Assembly: GCA_029953675.1 (NCBI GenBank)
Contig: JAMWBK010000007.1
Span: forward strand, 620,001 to 684,000
Source of the DNA: Rhodosorus marinus CCMP1338
Lineage: Eukaryota > Plantae > Rhodophyta
DNA length: 64,000 nt
Reading direction: 5' to 3'
The notes below the pieces were generated by a model. It was not told the DNA's origin. It searched no databases and saw only the letters and a list, made by a program, of their open reading frames with translations. This document shows positions 1-11,715 of the stretch, in pieces; within the stretch, counting starts at the first letter, position 1, and the number at the start of each line of letters is the position of its first letter. A program made the position numbers and the translations under genes.

Positions 1-394
1 TTCACTTTCTACCCTGCGTAGCGCTTAAGATTAGAAAACAAGCCAACCACCAACTAACCAAACTCAACGCGTAAACAGAGAAGAGAGCCGGTCTGAGCGC
101 ACACGGAACACTTCGCGGAGCCAAAGGGAACCAACTGAATCCAGGACGCGAGACTGTAAAGGCGAACACTGGCAAGCGCTCAACTATACCACAACTACAA
201 CATGTACCCTGGCGGTGAAGCGCTAATTCCCTGGGCAGACAAAGCAACCCAGTATTTCACTGTTTTATGACGGCGCAGCAGTTCCACGCGCTCCCCAGCT
301 GCACGGGAAAAAGACTATTGAATGCATAAGCCGCGCGCATCCAATATCAATGCAGCAACATGCGCCACGACGGAGAACCAAGGCGAGTAAAGAG

Positions 395-590
395 GGCTGC
401 GTAAGTGTTTTACCGAACATCCTGAAGAATATCTTGTGCTTCTCCGCCGTTTAAGTATCGCACTCTGGAGGTATTCTAGCAACACGCTCGCCGAGGCGCG
501 CCACCGTCGCCTGGGCTTACATGCTCTTCTTTCTAGCCCCTAGTTTCCCGTTACGTTTTGCGTAGCGCATCGGGCTATGTTAGCAAAGGA
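395..590 (+). mobile_element. 3' fragment of CRE-clade RLE non-LTR retrotransposon, family B
   Basis: Matches the end of 31363-32235 (WLRKCFTEHPEEYLVLLRRLS..LWRYSS..LAEARHRRLGLHA) and the 3' UTR GCGTAGCGC..GGCTATGTTAG. Confidence 0.8.
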
Positions 591-921
591 AGGAAAGCCG
601 ACTAGATGCGAAAATTTCATTCAGCCAAGGTCAGGCTACAGAGTCCATCAAACCGAAACACTCAACGATCAACAGTACCAAACTACTCGTTTGATTGCTT
701 TTGCATGGTGCTTGCTCAGATACTTCGCATAGGATCAAAACTGTTTATTCAGCCTCTGAATCAGAGCCGACCTACCTTCCTATGCTGGTGAAACTGTAAT
801 CAGAACAAAGCCACAGTGAATTTGTGGTCAGCTACCCAGCGCGTAGAGGCCAGAACGTAGAGGATATGAAAAATAAATCCCTGGACGGGGAGCGCCACTA
901 CCATAACATCAGCAGATTTAG

Positions 922-945
922 CCGATTCCGATTCCGATTCCGATT
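922..945. repeat. (CCGATT)4 microsatellite
   Basis: ccgattccgattccgattccgatt seen directly. Confidence 0.9.
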
Positions 946-1627
946 TCAGAAGGCTAGAACTTGTAAAGCAGCAAATCACGGGCTTCAAAGCGCCGCGATT
1001 AAGCTGTGACTCGCACATCCAGTTACGATAGCTACATGAAGTTTACTGCTCTTCAGCGCTTCCAAACATGATGGAATCCCAGGGAATCGAAAGCGCTAGA
1101 GGAATGAATCCCATCCGCTCTCAACTCTTTTGCCCATCCGACGTGCGCAACCCTATCTCGGGTCGGCCTCTGCCGTTCTCCATCTGCCTCAGCGTCCCAG
1201 AGGATTTTGCAGAAAAGACTATCAGAATGCAAAACGGTTATCTCGCCGGGTCCCGCTCCTTCGCCAAGCAACGAGTAGAACAGCGCTCTTCATATCCCGT
1301 CTCTGTCCTCGCTGCCTAGCGAGAATAAAGTTGTTTCGCTCCCCCACGCGCCTGCCACAGCGCTTCGACAGAGTCCCGGATCCGCGCTGCCGTACGCTCA
1401 AGCCCATTGGCAACGTAAGAATCGAGAACTAATTCGCGACGGTGATGAAGGTCCAGTCTTGCTCTGACGATGACATCAGTGATCAACGAGCCACGGTTCT
1501 CTCGGTCACAGCTGCGGCGACCGCTTCAGCTTTATTTCTGAACGCACAGATGTGAGAAAACTCTAATGCGAGTAGTAAACGATTGTTGCAGGTCATCGTA
1601 TCTTCCGTAAAGCATTCCTACAAGCTC

Positions 1628-2941
1628 CTAGTTCTCGTAGCAGCCTACGTCTGGCACTTCTCCGTTGGGACGTGTTTTTCTTCTCAGATCAAAGGCGGGG
1701 GGGGACTTTTCCCTCCATGCCCCGTTAATAGCTGGGGAAGAATCCTTGAGCTGATAATTGTGAGAAAGTTCGTCTTCAAACTCAAAATTCGACACCATGG
1801 TGATGCCCGATTTGATCTTCGCGATGCTACCACGCCGGCACATGTTACCCTCGTATTTGTCCCGGCTGATGTCTCCGTAGCGTGGGAAGGCCAAGTCGGA
1901 GTCATCTCGTGTTTGTACAATGTTATTGAACACCTTGACGTCGTTGCAAGAATTGATGGCCAATCCTGCTGCCGCTTGTCGCCCTTCCGCCTTGGAAGTC
2001 AGTCCGTTGTCCACCAAAGTATTGTGGGTAACGCGTATTCGATCCGTGTGATGCACTGATATTCCGTTGATCCCGTTGTTATAGCAGAGATTGTTCGCTA
2101 TTAAGAATCTACCGTGTTTGTAGCTATCGTGGTTTCTCGTCAAGTAGATGCCCTGACCGTCGATGATCTTCCTCGCCTCGCGGGTGCCATACCACGGAAA
2201 GGGAGGGTGTGCCCCCGGGGGCATACCACGAGGTGCGTAGAATGGTAGGCGGTTCTTGTTATGATGTACACAGTTGCCTTCGATGTGCATCTTAAGTCCA
2301 TCATTGTCGTCTATATTCGTTGCTTCAGCAATCACAAGAGCACTTGGGGCACTGCGTGAAGCCCACGTGCAATGGCTGACAGTATTGTACAAGATCTCAA
2401 CATAGTCCCCTTTGTTGACGCGGATACCTGAATCGCATGTCCAAGTGATCTCATTGTCACGTATGCGGATGTGGTGATGCGGACCCCACGAAACAATACC
2501 GTTACCCTTATATCTCCCGGGAGTCTCGTGCTCGAGCCTGTGCTCCTCGACTTCCTCCTGGGTCATTGATTCGCCTGGCCCGCGGATGACGAAGTTTTCA
2601 ACTGCGACGTAGTCCGCGGAGATGGACACCCCAGCCGCTCCGTCAAACTCAATTACAGCACCAGGCTCACCTTCAAGAGTCGTATAACTCGAGCTTGTTC
2701 CTCCCTGGCGAATATTAGCTACCCAACCAGCGCTCTTCTCGGTGCCATAATTGCGGTTGCGGTAGATACCCGCACGAACCACAACTCTCGCTCCCGAGAT
2801 GGCGGCATCAAGGCCCGCCTGAATAGTACGAAACGGATCCGTCGATGTACCACTACCAGATGACCGAGCCCCGGCATCCACATAGATGGTCATCGGAGCC
2901 TCGCTGACACCTCTGCTGGTCATTTCTGGCGGATTTACCAC
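1628..2941 (-). CDS. Right-handed parallel beta-helix (pectate-lyase-like) protein; 5' end apparently disrupted
   Basis: 437-aa ORF with the N-terminal motif IYVDAG..GSGT.TDPFRTIQAGLDAA..G..VVVRAGIY typical of DUF1565/PL9-like beta-helix proteins, plus Asn-ladder repeats (NEITWT, NTVSHC, NCVHHN, NNLCYNNG, NTLVDNG, NNIVQ) and a C-terminal PDVGCYE. ORF opens at GTG; first ATG at 2923. An in-frame hydrophobic stretch upstream is cut by TGA at 2972-2974. Confidence 0.8.
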   Translation of the reverse strand: MVNPPEMTSRGVSEAPMTIYVDAGARSSGSGTSTDPFRTIQAGLDAAISGARVVVRAGIYRNRNYGTEKSAGWVANIRQGGTSSSYTTLEGEPGAVIEFDGAAGVSISADYVAVENFVIRGPGESMTQEEVEEHRLEHETPGRYKGNGIVSWGPHHHIRIRDNEITWTCDSGIRVNKGDYVEILYNTVSHCTWASRSAPSALVIAEATNIDDNDGLKMHIEGNCVHHNKNRLPFYAPRGMPPGAHPPFPWYGTREARKIIDGQGIYLTRNHDSYKHGRFLIANNLCYNNGINGISVHHTDRIRVTHNTLVDNGLTSKAEGRQAAAGLAINSCNDVKVFNNIVQTRDDSDLAFPRYGDISRDKYEGNMCRRGSIAKIKSGITMVSNFEFEDELSHNYQLKDSSPAINGAWREKSPPAFDLRRKTRPNGEVPDVGCYEN

Positions 2942-3809
2942 CGTAGCCTGAAGCGCAACAAGGGCCGCAATTCAAACTAGGTACGGGGGATTAAAGCAGG
3001 AAGCCAACGCGCATCTAACAGTATCTTGCCGTTCCCCTAACCTCCTTTGTTCCCGCTGTAAAACCCTTCACACAACCTTCCCAGCGCTAACCTCTCCAAG
3101 CCCCAGCCCTTAAACTCGTCCGGAATACGATAGACCAGTTCCACACTAAGTGTTCTATCTTGGTTTCTCAATCATACAAGAAGGTCCACCTACCCAACCT
3201 CCCCCCTATATCCCGCATTCCTCCTCTTCCCCCACCCCCGGGTAAAAACAAAAGCATGTAGGGTAACTTCACCAGACTTCTGTAATGCCATTATTTGGTC
3301 ACTCGCGTTCCGTTAGTGATCATTTCCTAGTCGTGACGAATTGTTTTGTTTGTATAGATACTATTCTACGTCCTTTGTTCGTATACTTAGAATTCTCCAT
3401 AGACCCGTCCGTCCGATATTTTTTTCGTCGACGGACTATTGAATAAATTTAGATATTTAGTAGGTATCGGGTTGAATTTCTTGCGAAAATGCCGTCCCCA
3501 TTGTTCGTCCGATTAGCGCTCATATAAAATGTCCGATATTCAATCCACGCTAGTACAAAGTATCAATGATCTCGGGCAATCAGACTGAACCATGATAATG
3601 TTAGGACTCTAGGGGAGCCAAACAGACTACTTCTCGGTATGACAAGCTGTCACTCTCATATATTGAATTAGGAATATTTCTGAGTTCGACAGACTGTCAT
3701 ATACAATCTATCGGTTCTTCAAAATGTTCAAGTGTTGTAAAACGCGGCGATTTGATCCGAAGTTTACTTCAAACCAATATGAGTCGTCGCAAAGAGTTGG
3801 AATATGCGG

Positions 3810-4105
3810 GAGGGGGCCTGTCTTCCCCGAGCACTCGTGCTTCGGGTCTTCCTCATCGCCTGGTACTTCTGGTCATTGAGTGCTTTGGGTTTATGGATTC
3901 CGTTGGGTTCTCGTTGGCTTCGGGAATTGCTCCGCGAACACCCTGTGACCGTCTCTGTCCTCCTTGTTTACCCGTTTAGGTTTCTTGCTGTGGCGTATGA
4001 AGGCTGCTTTGATGTTGGAGGCGCGCGATCTTCGCCGTGCATTGCTTTTTTTCCCTAACGGGGTTTTTTTCTTTCAGCCTCCGATTAAACAAATTCATTC
4101 ATATT
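3810..4105 (+). mobile_element. 5'-truncated CRE-clade element, family A (RLE C-terminus, 3' UTR, ATTC tail)
   Basis: VIECFGFMDSVG.. motif and the 3' end CTTTCAGCCTCCGATTAAACAAATTCATTC, nearly identical to 18050-18277. Confidence 0.8.
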
Positions 4106-5239
4106 TCAAACCTAAGTTATAAGGTTGTATATCCCTAAGTGTACAAGCCCATTGGAATCCTTCTGACAATATCCGATGCAACTGCGCGTTCCTTAATCGC
4201 CGGAAAAAGAGGGTTCGACTCGAACAATTCCGCTTTCCTGAAACTCCTTCCGGCTTAACCGTTCTATGTGATACGATGGTGAAGCTCGCACCAATAAAAT
4301 AGATACAATCCAACTTACGAGCTCACCCGTTTCGAGAATTTCAACTTTTGCCTTTACTGTAAATCTCTCTTCTTCCTCCGATCCCTCCCTATTCCCTCTA
4401 ACACTACTCAGGCTTAGGATATTATATGGTGTCCATATATCGCTAATCCACAGTTGATATGATGCATCATGCGCATAGAAAAACTATTAAATCGAGAGTG
4501 ACAGTCTGTCACACCCGGAAATGATCACTATTCAATGTCAGAAACAGAATTTCCAACAGGGAAGGGAACGAATATGAGGTAAATGGCCAACTAAGCTTGG
4601 TCCCAAAGCCGATTCTGGGAGGTTTCTTGGAGTCCATGTGCTGGAGAAGAAGATTGAAACACAATCAATATTTGTCGTTGATTGAGGAATATCAAGATTA
4701 TCACACCTGAATAAAAACAAAACAGTCTATTGTTTTGTTTTTATTCAGGTGCGATAATCTTGAATCGGACTTGGAGAAAGACGTCAAAGGCTCGAAACAG
4801 TACCGTACGTTCATGTATGATAAACGTTTATCGACCCACATAATAATCTGAAGATATCTGGACGGAAATGACAAAACTAGCATATTGAATTCTGTTTTAG
4901 TGGAATGCGCTTATTCGGGCGACTCGGGGGGGGAGTGGACGTGTGCTGTTGGCAACGCGTTTGTGGGTGGTATCAACCGAGCAAGGAAATCTTCGAACTC
5001 CGTAACAAGTCAGAAAGAGGTCAAACCTCCTCTATTATCCTCTTAAACATAAATATTTCAAGCATAACGTTGAGATATGATCCTTGAAAACATCTCGGAG
5101 GGGAACTATTTTCTTCGGTAAACGTGGGAAGGCGGAGTATCACTGGCGGGATAGGATATCTTGTGAGTAGCATACTAAATGGCTCGATTCGTGCCCGAAT
5201 TGTGGGTATGCTCCGGCCGGGCCCAAATCTAGCAAATTC

Positions 5240-7620
5240 ATTCAATCTAGAAAGAATTGTAAGGATTGGCAAGTTCAGTCAATATCAAGCGGCTTGACCA
5301 AGTCGTCACTATTCCGTATTTTCTGTAGGAAATGGTGTGTTTTCTTGGTCGAGTTGGACATCAACAACGGTCCGACGACCAGGATACTTGGACTGCGCAC
5401 CGCAACCAAGACTTGTTCAGTGAAGTTGTGAGGGGAGCGGGGACGGTCGCGAGACGTACAAGAGCCAAGCTTGTTGGCATACCAGTGAGGGATACTCCAA
5501 GACAAGTAATAAACGTGGGAGTCCTGAAGGCTGGAGCGCAGACTAAGCGTAAAACCCACCCGGTAAAACCAACACCATCATAACGTGAATCCAAACGATA
5601 AATGATTGAATTTCACGAGTTTTTTTTTATTGAACCGGAATCAATCAGGATGATCTCCGGATTGGGGCTGCGATGACGCCGTCACTAATTTTACAAGGTC
5701 ACGAAGAGGATGTTAGAGGGGACGTGGGTGTTCGAAGACTCGGTTTCGGAGCTGACGTTGGATCTGAATTAATTAGTTGGGTATTCCCTTCCCCTTCGGA
5801 GACGGATTCCGCGTGTACTTCTGCTGTGTGCGGAGCAGCTCCAGCTGGGAGTATTTTGGACTTTATTTTTTTAGGTCTCAACAGCAATCAACGGGATATC
5901 ATGATGGTGGAACTCTGGGCGTGATACTACGTCTGGCCCCGGCTTACGCTCTCACATCGTATCTCAGCTGGCTTGTGGGGGACCGCCTGAATCTCTTATT
6001 TTCGGGGAATTTTGAGGTCCTTCAGATAGTGTACATGGTTTCGATAGAGGGCCCGGCACGGAATGCTCGGTTTTCGGCTTCGTCTCACGCGATTGGTTGG
6101 GTGCAGAAATTGGTGGCGGTTAGAGATCTGAGTCACACTGCGTGGGATTTGGATGGTCAGGCCCCTGTGCTTTCGTATGATGAGTGGATAGAGGAGTCCG
6201 TAAGCAGCCTCGTTCCCTCCGTCCGATGTAGAAATCCAGCCAGAGTTCGATGGTTTTCTCAACCGACCGGCTGGCTCGGCTTCGTATCGATTTGGATCTA
6301 AGTGGGATTGATTTGGAGGAATTTCCCAGAGCTCTCGTCCCGACAACGTTCTCCGGGGCCCCTACCGACCTCTGCACGGAATTAATGCAGTCTTTGAGCG
6401 AGGTGGGCCGGCGTGCTTAACCGTGGATTCTGATCGCATTTCTACGCGGATGAATGGGTGCGAGTGAACCGTGGGTTCAATCAATCCGGTGTGCACAGCT
6501 TTGCCTCCTGGCTAGAGCTCACCACACGCTTGAACTATTCCGCCTGCCCTCAATTAAAATAACAGAGAGTTTGAGAAAATTACTTGGGCGTTGGCTCTGC
6601 CAACGGCTTCGGCCTTTGCCAACCACCGTCATGGCGCCTTACCACGTTGAGGTGGGAACCATCAGGTGGGCGCGAATTAATCACTCACGCCATCGAGCTC
6701 GAGCGCGCGCCCGACTGGGGAACGCTGGTGATCAATTTTCGCATCGCTTTTAACAGCGTCTCGCGGACGCTGCATTGGAGGTGGTCCGGAGGGTATCCCC
6801 TGAGGCTTTGCCGTTTCTGTTGGGAATCCATGGCAACACGAGTCCGCCATACTGGTATTTTGCAGGCGATGTCTTTCAGGTGAACACGGTAGTCCAACAA
6901 AGCGAGCCTTGTGGACCTGTCTTCTATGTTTGTGCGCTAGAGTCGGCGCTGATGAGGTTCGCTACCGAGGTGAAGGATCTACGTCTCTATACCTACCGCG
7001 ATGATGTCAAGTTGTTCGGCACCCCTGAAGACCGTAACCGCGGGTTTACAGCATCACTGCTATCGCCAGCCGGGTGGGCTTGACGGTCGAGTCTGCGAAG
7101 TTCTGCTTCCTCCCTGCAACTTCGCCGGGTAGCCTGCCAGATGTGCTCAGACCCAGATTTCAACCGAAGGGCTTGGTACACCACAATGCCGGCCTGGGAA
7201 CTGGCATTTTGGTTCAAGTGTCGCGTGAAACATTTTAGATCCATACAGGTACCTAGTGCCCTCCCGACGGTGATTTGCAACCTACGTGCCTGATTTCCAG
7301 ATTCTGTGTTGGTCCCAGGTTCACTATTGGCTGCGCACTCTTCTACCAAGAAGGGGCGAGTGGGTCGCTGCTAAGGCTGACGAGGCGTCGCTTGTCCATT
7401 GGAGCACTTTTTTCGATGATCCAATTGATTTGGAATCTGCACCTGATGGGGATCGGCATTGCCATACATTTATCATCGAGTTCTTTGGCTTAGTTGATAG
7501 TGTAGGTTCTCGTTGGCTTCGTGCTCTCTTTCGTAGCGACTCAGGGTGTCTTGATAGCCTCCTCACAGAGCTGTGATTCTCTGGCGTTCAAAATCTGCTT
7601 TATTGTTGGACGCATCATGA
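5240..7620 (+). mobile_element. Degenerate near-full-length CRE-clade element, family A (RT and RLE remnants)
   Basis: Frameshifted RT motifs (LVINFRIAFNSVSR, VQQSEPCGP, YTYRDDVKLFG) followed by the RLE end FIIEFFGLVDSVGSRWLR. The 5' part is homologous to 15330-16200. Confidence 0.7.
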
Positions 7621-7989
7621 GCGTCTTGTTTTTCCCTTCTCATCAGTTAGGCTCTGAATAAGCCGATGACTGGATCTTGTTGGGGCGATTTCGCAGATGG
7701 CCTTGCCCTTGCACTTGGGGGCCTTTGCTGTAGGGGATAGGAGAAGCGTCTCTTCGAGAGCGGTGGTGGCTTCCTGGGCCACAGCACTTCGTACTCTGGT
7801 TGGATTTCAGGACGACATCTGGACCTCTTGCAGTTCCGGAGTCCCGCACGGATCTACATAGGTTTGCCACGGGCAGTTTGGCAATCTATTCGATCTTCCC
7901 GGACAGTTGCACGTGATAAGCTGATGATGATGATGATGATACCTGGATTTGCGAGGCCCCTTGGCAAAACAAAGTCTAATCGACGTTCC

Positions 7990-8580
7990 TCTTGCCAAGG
8001 CTGCTAGACTCGTATCGACGGTTAAGGTTACCCCCTTCTGGGCTCGTGTGGACTATTGTGAGGTCATCGTACGAAACGTCGAACCGTCGAACCCGTCTGA
8101 AGTACATCCTTATCGAACATTTGCCCGGAGCTGGCCAAAGAGGCGAGGTCGTTTCGGAACTACCGGGATCAGTCTCTGCCACCACGCCCCTTAGTCGCAT
8201 TGCAGATCTCCGGGTATCGGACGCACCCGCCAGATGCTCAGCGTATGTGGACATCGCTTTCACTTGCCATGTGTCACGTATTTCTCTCTCCTCCGCCGCC
8301 CGACGCTCCAAAGTTCCAGCCGTTCATTGTGGTAGCTTTGGTCATCTTGAAAAATCAGCTTGGTTTGGCTGCAGGGATGTTTAGCTACCCATCCTGCTGA
8401 GCTAGCTTACCTGGTACTTCTACGCCGATTGAGCATCCCTCTTTTGGCAATGTTCTAGCAAGAATGCTCGCCGAGGCGCGCCACCGCCGCCTGGGCATTG
8501 CATGCTTGCGTCCCTAGTCCTTAGTTCCCTTTCCGGCTGCATAGCGCTTAAGGCTATGTTAGAAAACCACCGCCACCAGT
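7990..8580 (+). mobile_element. Internally deleted CRE family B fragment (RLE domain and 3' UTR)
   Basis: RRTRLKYIL..IADLRVSDAPARCSAYVDIAFTC aligns to 31363-32235; ends in GCCGAGGCGCGCCACCGCCGCCTGGG...GGCTATGTTAG. Confidence 0.75.
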
Positions 8581-9064
8581 CAAAAGCCTTCACTTTGTAC
8601 GGTGACCGCCCCCCCGAAATACTTTGCTTATCAGTAACTAGAGAATCTCAAGTCGCCCTCACCCCCAAAGCACGAAAATAGAAAACTGAAATAGACTTAC
8701 TCAACCAATAGCTCGTTGTCTAAAAAAGTACCGAGTTCAACTATATTTAGTATAGAAAAAAAAAATGAGATGGATGAATGTCTCGAACAGCAGTCGCATC
8801 ACGGTAATGTCTAAATTTGGTGTGTGCACATCAATTTCATTAAACTTGTGCATTCGGACCCAAAAAATAAGGTTAAAAAGAAAGACAGCTGCTTTACCCG
8901 TTTTCGAATTGATTACCATATTAATAATATTAATATTCATAGTATTGTACTATTGTACTACTAGTACTATTAACATTGTTAGTATTAGCAGTATTATTTG
9001 TGTGGCTAGTATTTATTTGTTTTATAAATATTATTTGTATCATCAGGATCATAAGTTTTTTAAT

Positions 9065-9290
9065 AAATGAAAGAATTTGTTCAGTCGGAGGATGAAAGAA
9101 AAAAAACCCTGAGCGGAAAAAAGGACTATGTGCCGCGAAGATCGCGCGCCTCCACCATCAAAGCAGCGTTCATACGCTCCAGCAAGAAACTGGCTCTATT
9201 AGCAAAGCGAGAGCAAGAAACTTTAAACGGGTAACAACGAGGAACAGAGGGTCAGGACGTTCGCGGAACAATTCCCGGTATAATTGCGGG
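9065..9290 (-). mobile_element. CRE family A 3' fragment
   Basis: Reverse complement of the family A end (GCGCGCGATCTTCGCGGC...CTTTCATCCTCCGACTGAACAAATTC). Confidence 0.75.
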
Positions 9291-9399
9291 AAACATTGAG
9301 CAGTACTGTTATTTTAAGTCAAGACTAATCAAAGGAAATGAACATTTCTAAGACATATGTTTATTATTAGAAGACATCACAACTGAAATGGTGGTGTTT

Positions 9400-9665
9400 A
9401 CTAGCACAGCCTGAAGCGCTACGCAAGGCGTGGACTGTAACTAAGTACTCGGGGGAGAAGCATGCAAACCCAAGCGCCGATGGCATGCTGCTAGAATATC
9501 GCCACAGGGCGACACTGAAACGGCGTAAGAGTTCCAAGTATTCGATAGGTTGCTCAGCAAAAACATTTGCGCAACCACTCCAAACCCGACTTATCCACGT
9601 GGCCAAAGGTTTCCACAACGAAATTCTGAAACCTGTGAGAACGACCCTCAGCGCAAGGTAAAAAT
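9400..9665 (-). mobile_element. CRE family B 3' fragment
   Basis: EGRSHRFQNFVVETFGHVDKSGLEWLRKCF..LLRRFSVALWRYSSSM on the minus strand. Confidence 0.8.
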
Positions 9666-10502
9666 AGCATTCTAAAAAAGGTGTTTAGATCAGTAAGCAC
9701 TGGTGGTAATAGGGTTGTGCCAAGTGGGTCGGGTTTTTCGCTGTTTACGACCCAGAAGTGGTTAAACCCGCGAAAACAGGGTGTTTTAGAGGGGTGTATA
9801 GCAAAAAACCAGACCTGCTTGACAAAAACACGACCCACTTGGCACAATCCTACTGGTAAATTGAAAAACTGAATGTGTTTACAGTGAGGAAAGAGGATTG
9901 GTGAGTTGACTAGAATCTGTTTACTGTCGTGGCCATATTGATTTGTTGTGTCCGCTTGGGTTTGACACGGACAGAGCAGAGATCTCGGGGTTGATGAAGC
10001 ATGTAGTAGATGCCCAAAAGCAGAAAAAACAAGCCTGTTGGGCAAAAAAAACGAAGTATCGCATAAACGAGGAACCTGTTTTCCACGTCCTCGCCTACGA
10101 ACGTTTACATCAACCCAGGGATCGACCTATTCTGTTCCGACAGGAATCAAAAGCTCGAAGGTTCCAGTCTATATTCGGAAGGCGTGGACCATGCCTATGA
10201 ATGCCGACCTTGACCATTGGGATAAACGAACAGCCAATTTTGCTCCATGTAGTTCGTTGGCCCAGTTCTCAGCCGTGGCATGAATCACGCTACTTCAAAC
10301 AATGCGAAAGCTAAGTAACCAGCGTTAATCGAGCCCTGGGCCTCCAAAGTATGAGCGGGCATTGGGTATTCAACGCGTGGAACGCGAACTTGACTGATTC
10401 TTCCTTGCTTTTTCTCAGCAAAAGCTATACTATGACAAGTACTCCATCTTGTATTGCAAACTCGTGCTAAATTCTATTTTCGTCTGACTGGCTTTCACAC
10501 CT

Positions 10503-10548
10503 CAGGAACCCCTCACCGTGTCAACTGTGACACGGTGAGGGGTTCCTG
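10503..10548. repeat. Perfect hairpin, 21-bp arms, 4-nt loop
   Basis: CAGGAACCCCTCACCGTGTCA-ACTG-TGACACGGTGAGGGGTTCCTG. Confidence 0.95.
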
Positions 10549-11559
10549 CCGTCGTCGATATTCCATAACTTGGATGCAGAGAAAACAGATTAAATAACAA
10601 TGCTGGCACGACGGCTAACTAGACCCTGCTGAAATCCTTAGATCCGTTCTTATTATGAGTGTGGCTTCCTATCACTACAACCGAAGATCGCTCGAGAAAA
10701 ATTTTCCTGAGCATTCTCCCGAATATCTGGGGCTATTATGACATCAAGCTCGAAGCTCCTTATGAGCCGTCGCACCGGACAGGGGCTGGAGACAAACAGG
10801 ACATGGGTTTTCAATGGTTTAGTGGGATTAGTTGCCCCGCCGGCGCGACAGGTCCTGGCCTACAAAAATAGACAGCGCGAGGAGATCCTGTCTGCTTCCC
10901 GGCCTTGGGTCTGCATCGTTCAGCTGGATATCACTTCATGTTGTTAGTGATCAAATTTGAAATGAACTTCAGGCGTAGGTTCATTCCGCCAGCTAATTCT
11001 GGCTTGACGTCAAGAGCCTAGCATAGCTTTGTAAACATCAAGGGAGTCTGACACGTGGTGCTCGGTGTATCAAGCTGGAAGTTGGTTCAGACGCAGCGTA
11101 CTTGATTTGGTGTTAGATTTTCATGTTTCAATGCGGTTTAACACGGCTACTAAGTAGGGCTACTGAGCTCTGGGAAGGTGCAGTCTTGATAGTCCTTCCA
11201 ACTGTCTAGCGGACAATTAAACTAGGGCTTAGCGACCGGGAGGAAGGGACAGGCCCAGCTGTACTGCTGATTTGACTATCTGCCGGCGGTTATTGGAATG
11301 GGATTGATGAATCACAATCCGGCTACGAACGTAGCAGTTTTGTTTTTCTGATTTTCAGTATATTAGGAAACTTGTGCAAGCGCAAGCACGCTCGTTTTTC
11401 TATGCCTGAAAATAGACATTGACAAAGGCGCACTTGAACAGACTTGAGGACGAGGACGCGCCTGACACCAGACCGAAATTACTCTGAAACACTATCACCG
11501 CCTAGCTCGCTTAGGTCATCATATCATCATATCACGGGAGGATTGTAGGTCGTTGAAGA

Positions 11560-11566
11560 TATAAAA
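11560..11566 (+). promoter_or_regulatory. Candidate TATA box of the 11716 gene
   Basis: GATATAAAAG about 150 nt upstream of the ATG; the same motif at similar spacing precedes the 40186 gene. Confidence 0.45.
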
Positions 11567-11715
11567 GGCGCGTGACCTGGACCTTGCTCGCTCTCAGCTC
11601 TGAAGAAACGTGGAAAAGCAAGAACAGATTTTTAAGCTCTTACTGCAAAAGGATAAATATCATTCACTCAAGAGAAGTATAGAACTGAAAACGAAAGCTG
11701 CACTGGCGAGCAACG

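Noticed and set aside
1583-2059. Short antisense or overlapping ORFs (here and within the other large genes)
   Set aside because: They are shadow frames of well-supported CDSs or retroelements with no independent motif support.
2972-2974. In-frame TGA read as Trp or Sec (alternative genetic code)
   Set aside because: Intact genes at 25504 and 27831 end on TGA, so TGA is a normal stop.
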